From positions 3,392,001 through 3,456,000 of the forward strand of contig CAXXHB010000003.1 of assembly GCA_963664815.2 (NCBI GenBank): a DNA stretch of 64,000 bases, written 5' to 3'. Shown here piece by piece: positions 19,141 to 29,477 of the stretch (position 1 is the first letter of the stretch; every line of letters begins with the position of its first letter). Position numbers and translations under genes: made by a program. The DNA comes from Spirochaetota bacterium (lineage in GTDB: Bacteria; Spirochaetota; UBA4802; UBA5550). The notes under the pieces were generated by a model that did no database searches, had not been told where the DNA came from, and saw only the letters and a program-made list of their open reading frames with translations.

Positions 19141-22100
19141 ATGACACTTTCTGACATATCAATCAAAAATCCTGTCTTTGCATGGATACTGATGGCCGGC
19201 CTCATTATATTCGGGCTCATAGGACTTATGAACATGGGTATAAGCCAGCTCCCTGACGTGGATTTTCCCGTAATAACGATCTCCATAAACTGGGCTGGCG
19301 CCTCTCCGGTAACAATGGAATCAGCCATTGCCGATGTTATTGAAGACTCGATTATGACTGTTGAGGGTATCAGAAATGTCAAATCAACATCTTATGAAGG
19401 TATTACCAATATAACTATAGAATTTGAGCTCAACAGGGATATAAATACAGCACTCCAGGAGGTTCAGACTAAAATACTGCAGGCTCAGAAGAATCTCCCG
19501 AACGATGTTGATACACCCGCAATATCAAAATCAAATCCCGAAGATCAGCCTATCATGTATACCGCCTTATACGGATCAGACGACAGACGCAAAATGATTC
19601 TCCTTGTAAGAGATCGCCTGAAAGATGTAATTTCAACAATAGATGGCGTCGGGGATGTCCGCCTTGGCGGATATGTGGATCCCAATATGAGGATTTGGCT
19701 TGACAGTAAAGCGATGTCCCGCAAAGAGATCACCGTGGAAGATGTGATCTCCACAGTCAACGGCCAGCATCTCCTTTCTCCATCAGGTTATATGGATAAT
19801 GGACCGAAGGAATCCAACATACGGATTTACAGCGAGCTTACAAAGGCAAAAGATTTTGAGAACCTTCTTATAACAAGCAGGCGAGGTGAAGCGATCTGGA
19901 CTCCGATAAAAATCGGAGATGTTGCAAAAGTAGAAGAGGGGCTTGCGGATATACGCCGGATTTCAAGATTCAATGAAAAACTTTCTGTTGGTATTGGTAT
20001 AATCAAGCAGAGAGGCTCAAATGCCGTATCAGTGGCAAAAGCTGTGAAAGATAAATTTGTTAAACTTAAAAGCATGATTCCTCCGGATATGTCTCTCGGC
20101 ATAATATGGGACAGTACTAAATTTATAGAAGATTCAACAAAAGAATTATACACAAATCTTATTCTTTCAGTCCTTTTGACATCATTGGTATGCTGGCTTT
20201 TTCTAGGGTCCTGGAGCTCTGCTTTAAATGTAATAATTGCAATACCGGTATCCCTGATCGGATCATTTATCTTCCTTCATTTTTTCGGCTTTACTTTGAA
20301 TACTTTCACGTTACTTGGACTTTCACTCTCAATTGGTATTGTAGTCGATGATGCAATCATGGTACTGGAAAATATTGTACGCCACTATGAAACAGGCATA
20401 AGCAGAGTAAAAGCATCAATTGTCGGGGCAAGAGAGATAACCAGTGCAGCAATTGCAGCATCACTTGCCGTTCTTGCAATTTTTATTCCGGTAGTTTTTA
20501 TGAAAGGGATTATCGGTAAGTTTTTTTTCCAGTTCGGAATTACAATGTCAGTGGCGGTGCTGATATCCCTCCTGGAGGCTCTTACCCTGGCCCCTATGCG
20601 CTGTTCACAAATGCTCACTACCGGGAAGGAGAATCGCCTGACAAAAGAAGTTAACCGGTTTATGAATCTTCTTACATTAAAATATAAAAACGGACTGTCA
20701 TGGTGCCTGCAAAACCGTTTAAAAATTATATGCGGAGCTTTCCTGATATTTGCTTTGTCTTTATTACTGATAGGCAGTTTAAAGAAAGAGATGGTGCCTG
20801 CCCAGGATCAGAGCCGATTTATGGTTACAATTCAGCTCCCGCTTGGATCTTCAATAGAAAGTACAAATCAGGTTTTTAAAAAAGCTGAAGAGTATGCAAG
20901 AACGCGCCCTGAAATCGAAAGTTATCTGTCAAACGTCGGTGGTTTTCAGGGTGGAATGGTAAATCAGGGAACACTGATGATCACCATGAAAGATCCCGGT
21001 AAGCGTCCGATTGTATCACCATTCAAACATCGCCCCCGGCAGCAGGAATTTATGCCGTTTATCCGGAGTGAACTGCAGAAAATACAGGGCATAAGCAGGG
21101 TAACAGTAATGGATCTTTCACTTGCAGGTTTCTCAGCGCAGAGGGGGTATCCTGTCGAATTTTCTGTCCAGGGTCCTGACTGGGATAAACTTGCCGAATA
21201 CAGCAGAATGATTATGGCAAAGATGAATGCATCAAGACTTGTAACAGATGTGGATACTGATTATCAGCCCGGGATGCCTGAGTTAAAAATAATACCTGAT
21301 CGGGCCAAAGCCAGCGCCCGAGGAGTAACAATATCAAATATAGCCGATACACTGAGCGCCACAGTAAACAGTCTGAGAATCGGAAAATACACAGATGAGA
21401 CAGGGAAAAGAGATGATATAAGGATAAGTCTTCTGGGTCAATACAGCAAGGATGAAAATGATATAAAGAATATAAAACTAAGGAATTCACAGGGTGAGAT
21501 GGTTCCTATTTCACAGCTGGTCAGTTTTGAAACAAAACCGTCACTGCTCAGTATAATCCGCTATAACAGGGAGAGGGCCGTCTCCGTTTTCGCCAATATA
21601 GCACCCGGCAAATCGCAGTCGGACGTTCTTGCCATGGTTGGACAGAGCGCCGCATCGATACTCCCGGAGGGATATCATGTGGAGTTTACCGGGAGTTCGA
21701 AGACATTCAAGGAATCATTCAACAGTCTAATATTTGCACTGATCCTCGGGATAGTGGTTGCTTACATGGTCCTTGGTTCTCAGTTCAACAGTTTTCTTCA
21801 TCCCCTTATTATTCTTCTGGCTCTTCCGTTCAGCGTTACAGGAGCTTTTATAGCGATGAAACTTACAGGGATGTCTCTTAATATCTACAGCATGATAGGA
21901 CTGCTGCTGCTGATGGGGATTGTTAAGAAAAACTCAATTTTACTCGTAGATTTCACAAATCAGAGAAGGGTTATATCCGGTTTAAACGTCCATGAGGCCC
22001 TTATGGATGCCTGTCCGGTGAGACTCCGGCCAATATTGATGACCTCTGTTGCTACTATCGCAGCTGCGGTCCCCCCTGCTCTCTCACTTGGCGCCGGCTC

Positions 22101-22272
22101 TGAAACAACCAGACCTATGGCAGTTGTTGTAATAGGTGGAGTTATACTATCCACACTCCTGACGCTTTTTGTCGTTCCATGTGCCTACAGTCTCATGAGC
22201 CGTTTTGAAAGTGAAAACCATAAACGGGAACTTCATGAAGCCCTTGTATCACTGGGGGAATTCAGGGAATAG
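19141..22272 (+). CDS. RND efflux permease (AcrB/MdtB family)
   Basis: GIVVDDAIMVLEN, GIVKKNSILLVDF, RLRPILMTS; 1043 aa. Confidence 0.95.
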   Translation: MTLSDISIKNPVFAWILMAGLIIFGLIGLMNMGISQLPDVDFPVITISINWAGASPVTMESAIADVIEDSIMTVEGIRNVKSTSYEGITNITIEFELNRDINTALQEVQTKILQAQKNLPNDVDTPAISKSNPEDQPIMYTALYGSDDRRKMILLVRDRLKDVISTIDGVGDVRLGGYVDPNMRIWLDSKAMSRKEITVEDVISTVNGQHLLSPSGYMDNGPKESNIRIYSELTKAKDFENLLITSRRGEAIWTPIKIGDVAKVEEGLADIRRISRFNEKLSVGIGIIKQRGSNAVSVAKAVKDKFVKLKSMIPPDMSLGIIWDSTKFIEDSTKELYTNLILSVLLTSLVCWLFLGSWSSALNVIIAIPVSLIGSFIFLHFFGFTLNTFTLLGLSLSIGIVVDDAIMVLENIVRHYETGISRVKASIVGAREITSAAIAASLAVLAIFIPVVFMKGIIGKFFFQFGITMSVAVLISLLEALTLAPMRCSQMLTTGKENRLTKEVNRFMNLLTLKYKNGLSWCLQNRLKIICGAFLIFALSLLLIGSLKKEMVPAQDQSRFMVTIQLPLGSSIESTNQVFKKAEEYARTRPEIESYLSNVGGFQGGMVNQGTLMITMKDPGKRPIVSPFKHRPRQQEFMPFIRSELQKIQGISRVTVMDLSLAGFSAQRGYPVEFSVQGPDWDKLAEYSRMIMAKMNASRLVTDVDTDYQPGMPELKIIPDRAKASARGVTISNIADTLSATVNSLRIGKYTDETGKRDDIRISLLGQYSKDENDIKNIKLRNSQGEMVPISQLVSFETKPSLLSIIRYNRERAVSVFANIAPGKSQSDVLAMVGQSAASILPEGYHVEFTGSSKTFKESFNSLIFALILGIVVAYMVLGSQFNSFLHPLIILLALPFSVTGAFIAMKLTGMSLNIYSMIGLLLLMGIVKKNSILLVDFTNQRRVISGLNVHEALMDACPVRLRPILMTSVATIAAAVPPALSLGAGSETTRPMAVVVIGGVILSTLLTLFVVPCAYSLMSRFESENHKRELHEALVSLGEFRE

Positions 22273-22299
22273 GCCGGAAATATGCTCATAATTCCGGTC
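22272..22299 (+). terminator. Hairpin after the RND gene
   Basis: ggccggaa...ttccggtc imperfect stem. Confidence 0.4.
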
Positions 22300-22309
22300 T
22301 AAAAAAAAT

Positions 22310-22337
22310 GGAACCTTTTAAACTTATTTCAGGTTAA
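22310..22337 (+). promoter_or_regulatory. ECF-type promoter GGAAC-N17-GGTTAA upstream of the Spy/CpxP-sigma-antisigma operon
   Basis: Matches 17658..17685; located where an autoregulatory promoter is expected. Confidence 0.65.
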
Positions 22338-22379
22338 GTCATTATATTGGAATTGAATTAAATTTTACGAGGATAATAT

Positions 22380-22877
22380 ATGAACCGTTTAGTTATGATA
22401 ATTATTTCTGCAGTTGTTATTATTGCCGCATCTCTCTTTGCATGGCACAGGGGTAATGTACATTTAAAAGAAAACTCCGGAGATGTAATGTTTTCACGCT
22501 ACTCTGATGATCATGAACTTGATTTCCTTAAAAAAGAGCTTGAGCTTGATGATACACAATACAGGAAAATAAGCGATCTTTATAAAAACAGTTCAGCGGT
22601 TGTCAAAGGACATAAAGACATTCTGGAAAACAAGAAGAGAGAAATGACCGATCTTATGAACAGCCCCACCTTTGATGAAAAGAAAATTAGAAAAACTCTT
22701 GAGGAAATATCATCTCAGAAGATTGAGCTGGAAGTTATACGTTTCAGACAGCGATATGAAACAGCAAAGATACTCACAGACGAACAGAAAATTAAATTCA
22801 GCACCCTGCTTAATGCAAAAGGGAAAAAATTCAGGGAGAAGCATTCGAAAGATATTAAAGCCGGAGACTGGAAATGA
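22380..22877 (+). CDS. Spy/CpxP/ZraP-like periplasmic helical protein
   Basis: N-terminal hydrophobic segment, LELDDTQ and ILTDEQ (LTxxQ) motifs. Confidence 0.8.
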   Translation: MNRLVMIIISAVVIIAASLFAWHRGNVHLKENSGDVMFSRYSDDHELDFLKKELELDDTQYRKISDLYKNSSAVVKGHKDILENKKREMTDLMNSPTFDEKKIRKTLEEISSQKIELEVIRFRQRYETAKILTDEQKIKFSTLLNAKGKKFREKHSKDIKAGDWK

Positions 22878-23380
22878 ACGAAGCAGAACTTGCCGTCTTT
22901 ATTGAAGAGACGAAAAGTATTGTTCTCTCATCAATACGGAGGTACCTGCCCCCATCTCTCCACCATTCAATTGATGATGTTGTACAGGAAACATATCTGA
23001 GGGTTTACCGGACTCTCCCGGGGATGAAATTCAGCGATGAGAGTGCAAGAAAAAACTGGCTGTATACGATTGCCAAAAATGAATCACTTCGCATTAAAAG
23101 CAAATCTTATAAAGAGGACGAAAAAACCGGAAAACTGATTAAATCAATTCCGGAGAGGAGTGTATTACCAGATTTTCTGGCTGAGGATATTGAATTTTTA
23201 AAAGAGGTTATATCGCTTCTGCCGGAAAAATACCGGGCAGTTTTTGAACTGGTTGCGCTCGGATTTTCCGAGAAAGAGGTTGCAATGAAACTTTCGATTA
23301 AAGCCGGTACTGTCAAATCAAGAATGCACAGGGGACGAGAATTAATTTACAGACATATAAACAGAGATGGAGGTATATGA
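22874..23380 (+). CDS. ECF RNA polymerase sigma factor
   Basis: DDVVQETYLR, WLYTIAKN, LPEKYR, GTVKSRMHRGR. Confidence 0.93.
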   Translation: MNEAELAVFIEETKSIVLSSIRRYLPPSLHHSIDDVVQETYLRVYRTLPGMKFSDESARKNWLYTIAKNESLRIKSKSYKEDEKTGKLIKSIPERSVLPDFLAEDIEFLKEVISLLPEKYRAVFELVALGFSEKEVAMKLSIKAGTVKSRMHRGRELIYRHINRDGGI

Positions 23381-23381
23381 T

Positions 23382-23684
23382 ATGAAAACGGACGATATTG
23401 AAATATTCAACTCCAGTATTGACAAAAGACTTTCGAACAAACAATGGAGCAGGGATATGGCAGCAGCGGTTATAAAGAAAAGCCGTTTGTCTGAAAACCC
23501 GATACTGGGAATCTTTTCATGGTTAATGCCTGCCATGGCAGCTGCCAGCATCGCTTATGCAATTATTTTCAGCAGTATACTCTCAGGCACAATAAGCAAA
23601 GAACAGATTCAGGAAGATGTGCCGTTTTCGTTTGTATCAGAATTCTATGGCACAGATGACAGCTCAGTTGAAGAATTTTTCTAA
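23382..23684 (+). CDS. Small single-TM protein, putative anti-sigma factor
   Basis: Directly after the sigma gene; GGAGG RBS before ATG 23382; one hydrophobic helix. Confidence 0.6.
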   Translation: MKTDDIEIFNSSIDKRLSNKQWSRDMAAAVIKKSRLSENPILGIFSWLMPAMAAASIAYAIIFSSILSGTISKEQIQEDVPFSFVSEFYGTDDSSVEEFF

Positions 23685-23859
23685 GTCATGAAAATAATAA
23701 ATTCATACGTTTTTATATTTAACAGGATTTAAATAGAAAAACCGGTCATCTCACATACCCCCTGCAAAAAGTCTTTTTCACCCTTTTTACATTAAGTTGT
23801 TATGAGAAAAACCGGTTTATTTGCTGCACTATAAATTCTGGTTTTTATCGGTTTAAATC

Positions 23860-23933
23860 CGGGGTTGACGAGACTCGAACTCGCGGCACCCTGCGTGACA
23901 GGCAGGTACTCTAACCAACTGAGCTACAACCCC
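23860..23933 (-). tRNA. tRNA-Asp (GTC), CCA not encoded
   Basis: GGGGTTG/CAACCCC acceptor stem, AGTTGGTTA D-loop, CCTGC-CTGTCAC-GCAGG anticodon arm, TTCGAGT T-loop. Confidence 0.97.
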
Positions 23934-24073
23934 TTGCGGCCCGATTTACTCAAGCCGAGAATCAATAAACAATTGATGATACTTTATGTCAATAAAAAAC
24001 TTTGTTTTCATTAAAAAAATTAAAACATCCCAACCATCTATTATACTTATTACGTTAATCTGAATTAAGTATA

Positions 24074-25003
24074 TTACTTAACAGATTCTATAAAAGATTT
24101 TATAAACCCCGCAGTCTCTCCCGGTCTCTCCATCATGGGTACATGACCGCAGTCCTTCAGTATCCTGGTTGTATGATTTTTTATACCCTTTTCAAGGACT
24201 GAAACACTTGAAACGTCAAGCACCTGATCTTTATCACCCCAGATAATAAGCACCGGCATGGTAATAGATGAAAATCTATCTTCAAGCATTGCCGGGGATG
24301 ATACCATATCATGAAAGATTTTATCATTAAACTTCCTGTTTTTTACAGCGGTATCCGCAAGCACTGCCAGAAAAGGATATGGAATGAACGGCTCCTTTGC
24401 AAAGATAAACTGCATCAATCTTTTATAATCATCCCTGCTGTTTACAAGAAGAGGATTAACTCCGTTATCAAGAGATTTAACTAGCGTACTTTTAACAGGA
24501 GCATTAACTCCTGAATTATTCAACAGAATCAGTCCCCTTACTTTTTCAGGATATCTGGACGCATATATCCCCGCTATATTTCCACCCATGGAATTTCCTG
24601 CAATAAAAAACCTTTTCAGCCCTATACTGCTGAAAAATTTATCGATACGGCTCACCTGTGAACCCACATCATATTTCACTGCATCAGATTTTGTTGACTC
24701 TCCAAACCCCGGGAGATCGGGAATAATAAAATGATATCCCGGCAGATGCTTCACCAACAACGGCCAGCTGTCCTTGTTCGCTCCAAAACCATGAATTAAA
24801 ACCAAAGTCTCTTCACCGGTTCCACCTTCAAGGTAAACTATTTTCTGATCATCAAATTTTATCTCTTTCACTTTAAGGCCGGCACTGCTGCGCTGCATTT
24901 TCGCCGAAATATTAAAGATCTTCTCCGGAAATAGCGCAGTGACTGCAAACCCTGTTAAAACCAGTACTGCTAAAACAATAACTGTCCGTTTAAAAATTTT
25001 CAT
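24074..25003 (-). CDS. Alpha/beta-hydrolase (lipase/esterase), exported or membrane-anchored
   Basis: HGFG, DLPGFG, GNSMGG nucleophile elbow, WGDKD, GH. Confidence 0.9.
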   Translation of the reverse strand: MKIFKRTVIVLAVLVLTGFAVTALFPEKIFNISAKMQRSSAGLKVKEIKFDDQKIVYLEGGTGEETLVLIHGFGANKDSWPLLVKHLPGYHFIIPDLPGFGESTKSDAVKYDVGSQVSRIDKFFSSIGLKRFFIAGNSMGGNIAGIYASRYPEKVRGLILLNNSGVNAPVKSTLVKSLDNGVNPLLVNSRDDYKRLMQFIFAKEPFIPYPFLAVLADTAVKNRKFNDKIFHDMVSSPAMLEDRFSSITMPVLIIWGDKDQVLDVSSVSVLEKGIKNHTTRILKDCGHVPMMERPGETAGFIKSFIESVK

Positions 25004-25066
25004 ACAGATCTCCTTTTATATATTTTCATCAGAATATAAACGGCTCTCAAGAAAAACTCAGTTTAT

Positions 25067-26233
25067 TCATTTACCAAAGTTTTTAAAAGAGCCGTCAATT
25101 ATCTCAGGTTCAGGCCTGAGTATCGTCAGTCCAAACCGTTCAGAAAGGTAATTAAGAGCATCGACAATCTGAGCCGGCTGCATACCTGAAGCAAGAGCAA
25201 ATGGTCCTGCAAATGCATTCATGCCGTACTTCACAGCGCTGTCTATATCCCCTACCGACCGGGCAATTCCCTCTTTGAATACCTTTACCGCCTCGTTAAT
25301 CTGTATAGAGAGAAAATGTACCGGGTTAAGATCCCTGCATTCATGCGAAGAGTCTATTGCTGCTTTGCCGGATGACCAGTCGTATATCCCTTTCCCGGAC
25401 TTCTGCCCCAATTCACCATTCCCAAGCTTGTCCCTGAGAAATTTACCTGGTCTGTACTCGGGAGAGAGGGTTTTTTCGTAATATTCAAGAGTATGCGTGA
25501 AAACATCGAGACCAACAAAATCCGCAGTTTCAAAAGGCGCCATCTTAATTCCCATTTTTTTCATTACACAATCTATTTCAGCCGGCTGAACTTTCCCTTC
25601 ATCAAGAATTGCATTCAGGAACGCCTGGTTTGGTGCGCTTATTCTGTTAACAATAAATCCAGGCCTGTCCTTAAGTACCTTCACCGGAATTTTTCCGCAT
25701 TTCACACTCAGTCCGCAGAGCATGTCAACAGTCCGTTCCGAGGTTTTATCACCGAAAATCACTTCAACAAGCTTCATGATGTTGACTGGGTTGAAAAAAT
25801 GCAGACCGGCGAACCGTTCCGGATTTTTAACAACAGAAGCTATTTCCGAAATGCTCATTGTCGAAGTATTTGTTGCAAGAACAGCGTCCTGAGAAACAAT
25901 CGCGGAAAGTTCTGTAAAAACCTTTTTCTTGAGATCCATAATTTCAGGGACAGCCTCAACAACAATCTGCGCCCCGTCTACCGCTTCACTCATATTGAGA
26001 GTCGTTTTAAGATTGTTCCCAAGGATAACGTTCATCTCATTTTGTGAAAGTTTACCTCTTTTGATCAGAAACTCAAGACTCTCCTTAACTTTATTCACGG
26101 CATGTTCAAGCGTTTCTCTGCTGATATCAGTCATGCAGACCGAGAAACCTGCGGCAGCATAAACCTGCGCAATACCGTGACCCATTGCACCGGAGCCTAT
26201 AACCGTAATCTTTTTTACATCTTCGATGTCCAT
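25067..26233 (-). CDS. 3-hydroxyacyl-CoA dehydrogenase with an extra C-terminal domain
   Basis: GSGAMGHGIA, EAVPE..KK, TNTST, HFFNP, PGFIVNR. Confidence 0.92.
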   Translation of the reverse strand: MDIEDVKKITVIGSGAMGHGIAQVYAAAGFSVCMTDISRETLEHAVNKVKESLEFLIKRGKLSQNEMNVILGNNLKTTLNMSEAVDGAQIVVEAVPEIMDLKKKVFTELSAIVSQDAVLATNTSTMSISEIASVVKNPERFAGLHFFNPVNIMKLVEVIFGDKTSERTVDMLCGLSVKCGKIPVKVLKDRPGFIVNRISAPNQAFLNAILDEGKVQPAEIDCVMKKMGIKMAPFETADFVGLDVFTHTLEYYEKTLSPEYRPGKFLRDKLGNGELGQKSGKGIYDWSSGKAAIDSSHECRDLNPVHFLSIQINEAVKVFKEGIARSVGDIDSAVKYGMNAFAGPFALASGMQPAQIVDALNYLSERFGLTILRPEPEIIDGSFKNFGK

Positions 26234-26356
26234 AACAGTCTCCTAATAATTGGAATCATTCATTTCGACTGTGATTTATTTCCATTTCCTCTCGGGTAAG
26301 ATTTATTTTTTTATATGTTTTTCCTGCAGAATCAACAGCACGACCTCTGCCAATGT

Positions 26357-27421
26357 TTATACATTAAACCTGAAATTTATAATATCCCCATCCTCCACAA
26401 TATACTCTTTACCCATTACATAAAACTTTCCGGCCTTTTTCAGTTCTTCTTCCGTACCGAATTTCATAAGTTCATCATATTTCATGACCTCGGCGCGGAT
26501 AAATCCCCTCTGAATATCAGAGTGTATTGCACCTGCAGCCACGGGCGCAATTGATCCTTTTCCTATCTGCCACTGCCTTACCTCATCCTTGCCAACCGTG
26601 AAAAATGACATGAGACCGAGTGTCTTCATCGCAAGAGCAGAAAGCTTATTCAGGGCCGGTTCATTAATTCCCGCATCTGCCATAAACTCACTCTTCTCCT
26701 CTTCACTGTCAAGGGCGGATATTTCAGCTTCAAGCTTCGCTGAAACCTGCATAATATCCATCGACAGGGGAACCAGCTTATTTCTTATTTTTTCCATCAA
26801 TGAAGTATCACCGATTTTATCGTCGCTTACATTTAGAACGATAAGCATCTCTTTGGCGGTAATAAAGGGGTAGCCTGATATAAGCTTCTCCTCCTCTTCC
26901 GTAAGTTTTAAAGTACGAAGATGAAGGTCATTTTCAAGATGAGTTTTCATTCTTCCGAGAAGTTCCTCCTCCTGGTCAAGCCTGGCTTCACCCTTTTTTT
27001 TACGGCTGATTTCAATCCTTTCATAGCGTTTTTCGATAAAAATAAGATCGTGCAGTATAAGTTCCGAGTTCACCATTTCTATATCCCGCACAGCATCAAC
27101 CGAACCGCTTGCATGATAAACAGAATCATCCTCAAATGCGCGTACAACATGGCACAGTGCGTCCATCCTGGATATGTCGGTAAATATTTTTCCTTCACGT
27201 ATTGAATCGCTCTCAATTTTCGGAAGAAGCTGAAGGTTTATCCTGGCTGGTACCTCTTTTTTAGGCTTATACATTTTCACCAGCTCATCAAATCTAACAT
27301 CCCTGATATCTGCTACCCCTGTACTGTTTTTATCGCCGGCATCCGGGCCTGACGCTCCGGTTAACAGCTGGAAGAGTCTTTTTTTTCCCGTCTGGGGAAG
27401 CCCGATAATTCCAAGTTCCAT
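26357..27421 (-). CDS. YchF-family (Obg-like) protein with divergent G-motifs
   Basis: TGS domain SFFTVGKDEVRQW, AGAIHSDIQRGFIRAEV, GKEYIVEDGD; start MELG after GGAG. Confidence 0.85.
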   Translation of the reverse strand: MELGIIGLPQTGKKRLFQLLTGASGPDAGDKNSTGVADIRDVRFDELVKMYKPKKEVPARINLQLLPKIESDSIREGKIFTDISRMDALCHVVRAFEDDSVYHASGSVDAVRDIEMVNSELILHDLIFIEKRYERIEISRKKKGEARLDQEEELLGRMKTHLENDLHLRTLKLTEEEEKLISGYPFITAKEMLIVLNVSDDKIGDTSLMEKIRNKLVPLSMDIMQVSAKLEAEISALDSEEEKSEFMADAGINEPALNKLSALAMKTLGLMSFFTVGKDEVRQWQIGKGSIAPVAAGAIHSDIQRGFIRAEVMKYDELMKFGTEEELKKAGKFYVMGKEYIVEDGDIINFRFNV

Positions 27422-27710
27422 ATATGCTCCTGATTGTTTTATATTTCTCGATATTACGGCTGAAAAAACCTGTTGAATGATATAAATCAATTTTCGCTGA
27501 TTATAATTTTTAGTCAATATTTAAAATCACATATTTTACAGACTTTCGCCCCCCTGTCTCAATACAACATTTCCGCCATCAGTATGATAAGCTGATTATA
27601 CGGGTATAGATTACACTATTTTTACAAATCCGGTTTTTTTATTTGTTGACACTGATTTTCATAAACTTAAGAGATAATACACTAATAAATACTGCACACG
27701 GTGATTATAT

Positions 27711-28961
27711 ATGCTTACAAAAACGTTGCCATTCAATAAAAAACAGATAGAAGAGATTACTTTAAAGTACCCTACCCCTTTTCATATTTACGATGAAAAA
27801 GGTATAAGAGAAAACGCCAGAAAACTTCTAAATGCCTTTTCATGGGCTCCCGGATTTAAAGAATATTTTGCTGTTAAAGCCAATCCCAATCCCTACCTGG
27901 TAAAAATTCTAATGGAGGAGGGATTCGGTGCAGACTGCAGTTCCCTCCCGGAACTTGTTATAGCTGAAAAAGCCGGGATTCGGGGTGAAAATATAATGTT
28001 GACTTCAAATAACACACCGGCTGAAGAATTTATCTACGCAAAAAGACTCGGCGCAATTCTCAACCTCGACGATATAACACATATAGACTACGTGGAGAAA
28101 CATGCCGGCCTTCCTGATATTATCTCTTTCAGATATAACCCCGGACCTCTTAAAGGGGGAAATGCCATCATCGGAATTCCTGAAGAGGCAAAATATGGAC
28201 TCACCAGAGAACAGCTTTTCGAAGCATATAAATCTGTTAAAGAAAAGGGTGTAAAACGTTTCGGTCTGCATACGATGATTGCCTCCAATGAACTTCATGC
28301 CGATTACTTTGTTGATACAGCGGAGATACTCTTCGAGCTGATCGCGGATCTGAGCGTCACATTGAAGATAGATTTTGAGTTTGTAAATCTCGGGGGGGGA
28401 TTCGGAATCCCATACAGGCCGGGCGATAAACCGCTCGATCTGGAGTATATTTCATCAAAAATACATGAAGTCTACGACGAAATCATAATTAAACGGGGAC
28501 TTAACCCTTTGAAAATATGCATGGAGAGCGGAAGGATGATAACAGGTCCCTTCGGCTTTCTTGTCACAAAAGCCATTCACAAAAAGGAAATCTACAAGGA
28601 TTATATAGGAGTTGATGCCTGTATGGCAGATTTAATGAGGCCGGCACTCTACGGGGCTTACCATCATATAACAATACTAGGAAAAGAGGATGAGAAACCT
28701 GTGAAGAAGTATGATATAACAGGATCACTATGTGAGAATAACGACAAATTTGCCATAGACAGGATGCTGCCGGAGATAAAAACAGGGGATATACTTGTAA
28801 TACATGATACCGGGGCTCACGGTTACGCCATGGGGTTTAACTATAACGGCAAATTAAGATCAACGGAACTTCTTTTAAAAGAGGATGGTTCGGTGAAAAA
28901 AATCAGAAGAGCGGAAACTATCGATGATTACTTCGCAACAATAGATTTCAGCGGCCTTTAA
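27711..28961 (+). CDS. lysA: Diaminopimelate decarboxylase
   Basis: YFAVKAN, NLGGG, ESGR, RPALYGAYH, GSLCENND, GAHGYAMGFNYN. Confidence 0.92.
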   Translation: MLTKTLPFNKKQIEEITLKYPTPFHIYDEKGIRENARKLLNAFSWAPGFKEYFAVKANPNPYLVKILMEEGFGADCSSLPELVIAEKAGIRGENIMLTSNNTPAEEFIYAKRLGAILNLDDITHIDYVEKHAGLPDIISFRYNPGPLKGGNAIIGIPEEAKYGLTREQLFEAYKSVKEKGVKRFGLHTMIASNELHADYFVDTAEILFELIADLSVTLKIDFEFVNLGGGFGIPYRPGDKPLDLEYISSKIHEVYDEIIIKRGLNPLKICMESGRMITGPFGFLVTKAIHKKEIYKDYIGVDACMADLMRPALYGAYHHITILGKEDEKPVKKYDITGSLCENNDKFAIDRMLPEIKTGDILVIHDTGAHGYAMGFNYNGKLRSTELLLKEDGSVKKIRRAETIDDYFATIDFSGL

Positions 28962-28978
28962 GAAATATTCTGAGGGGA

Positions 28979-29428
28979 TTATTTCCCCTCAATCTTCTTC
29001 TGCAGAATCTCCTTTATTATTGCGCCATCAGCTTTACCCTTAAGTTCTTTTGATGCCATACCCATAAGCCTGCCAAAATCTTTCGGGGATATTTCCCCCG
29101 CACTGCTTAATATTTTATCCAGCGCATGGCCTATCTCTTCAGCACTCATCTGCTGCGGCATAAACTCTTCAATAATTTTCAGTTCAATGGCTTCTTTATC
29201 AGCAAGATCCTGCCTTCCTGCTGCCTCATACTCCTTTATTGACTCTTTCCTTTTTTTCGCGGCACGTTTAACCACATCATCCATCTGTTCTTCGCTGATA
29301 TCCCTGCCGGTTTTTGCCTTCTCATACATCATGTCCGACTTCAGCATCTTCAGGGTACCGGATTTGTCTTTGTCTCCCGACTTAAGCGATTCTTTCATAC
29401 CCGCTTCAATTCTTTCCAAAAGATTCAT
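28979..29428 (-). CDS. GatB/YqeY domain protein
   Basis: KKRKESIKEYEAAGRQDLA, MPQQMS, KGKADG. Confidence 0.9.
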   Translation of the reverse strand: MNLLERIEAGMKESLKSGDKDKSGTLKMLKSDMMYEKAKTGRDISEEQMDDVVKRAAKKRKESIKEYEAAGRQDLADKEAIELKIIEEFMPQQMSAEEIGHALDKILSSAGEISPKDFGRLMGMASKELKGKADGAIIKEILQKKIEGK

Positions 29429-29477
29429 ATTATCCTCACACTGAGATTAAATGATGTTCACAATCCATGTATACCTT

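Noticed and set aside
23684-24074. tRNA-Asp as the integration site of a genomic island
   Set aside because: No integrase and no duplicated tRNA 3' end noticed in the window
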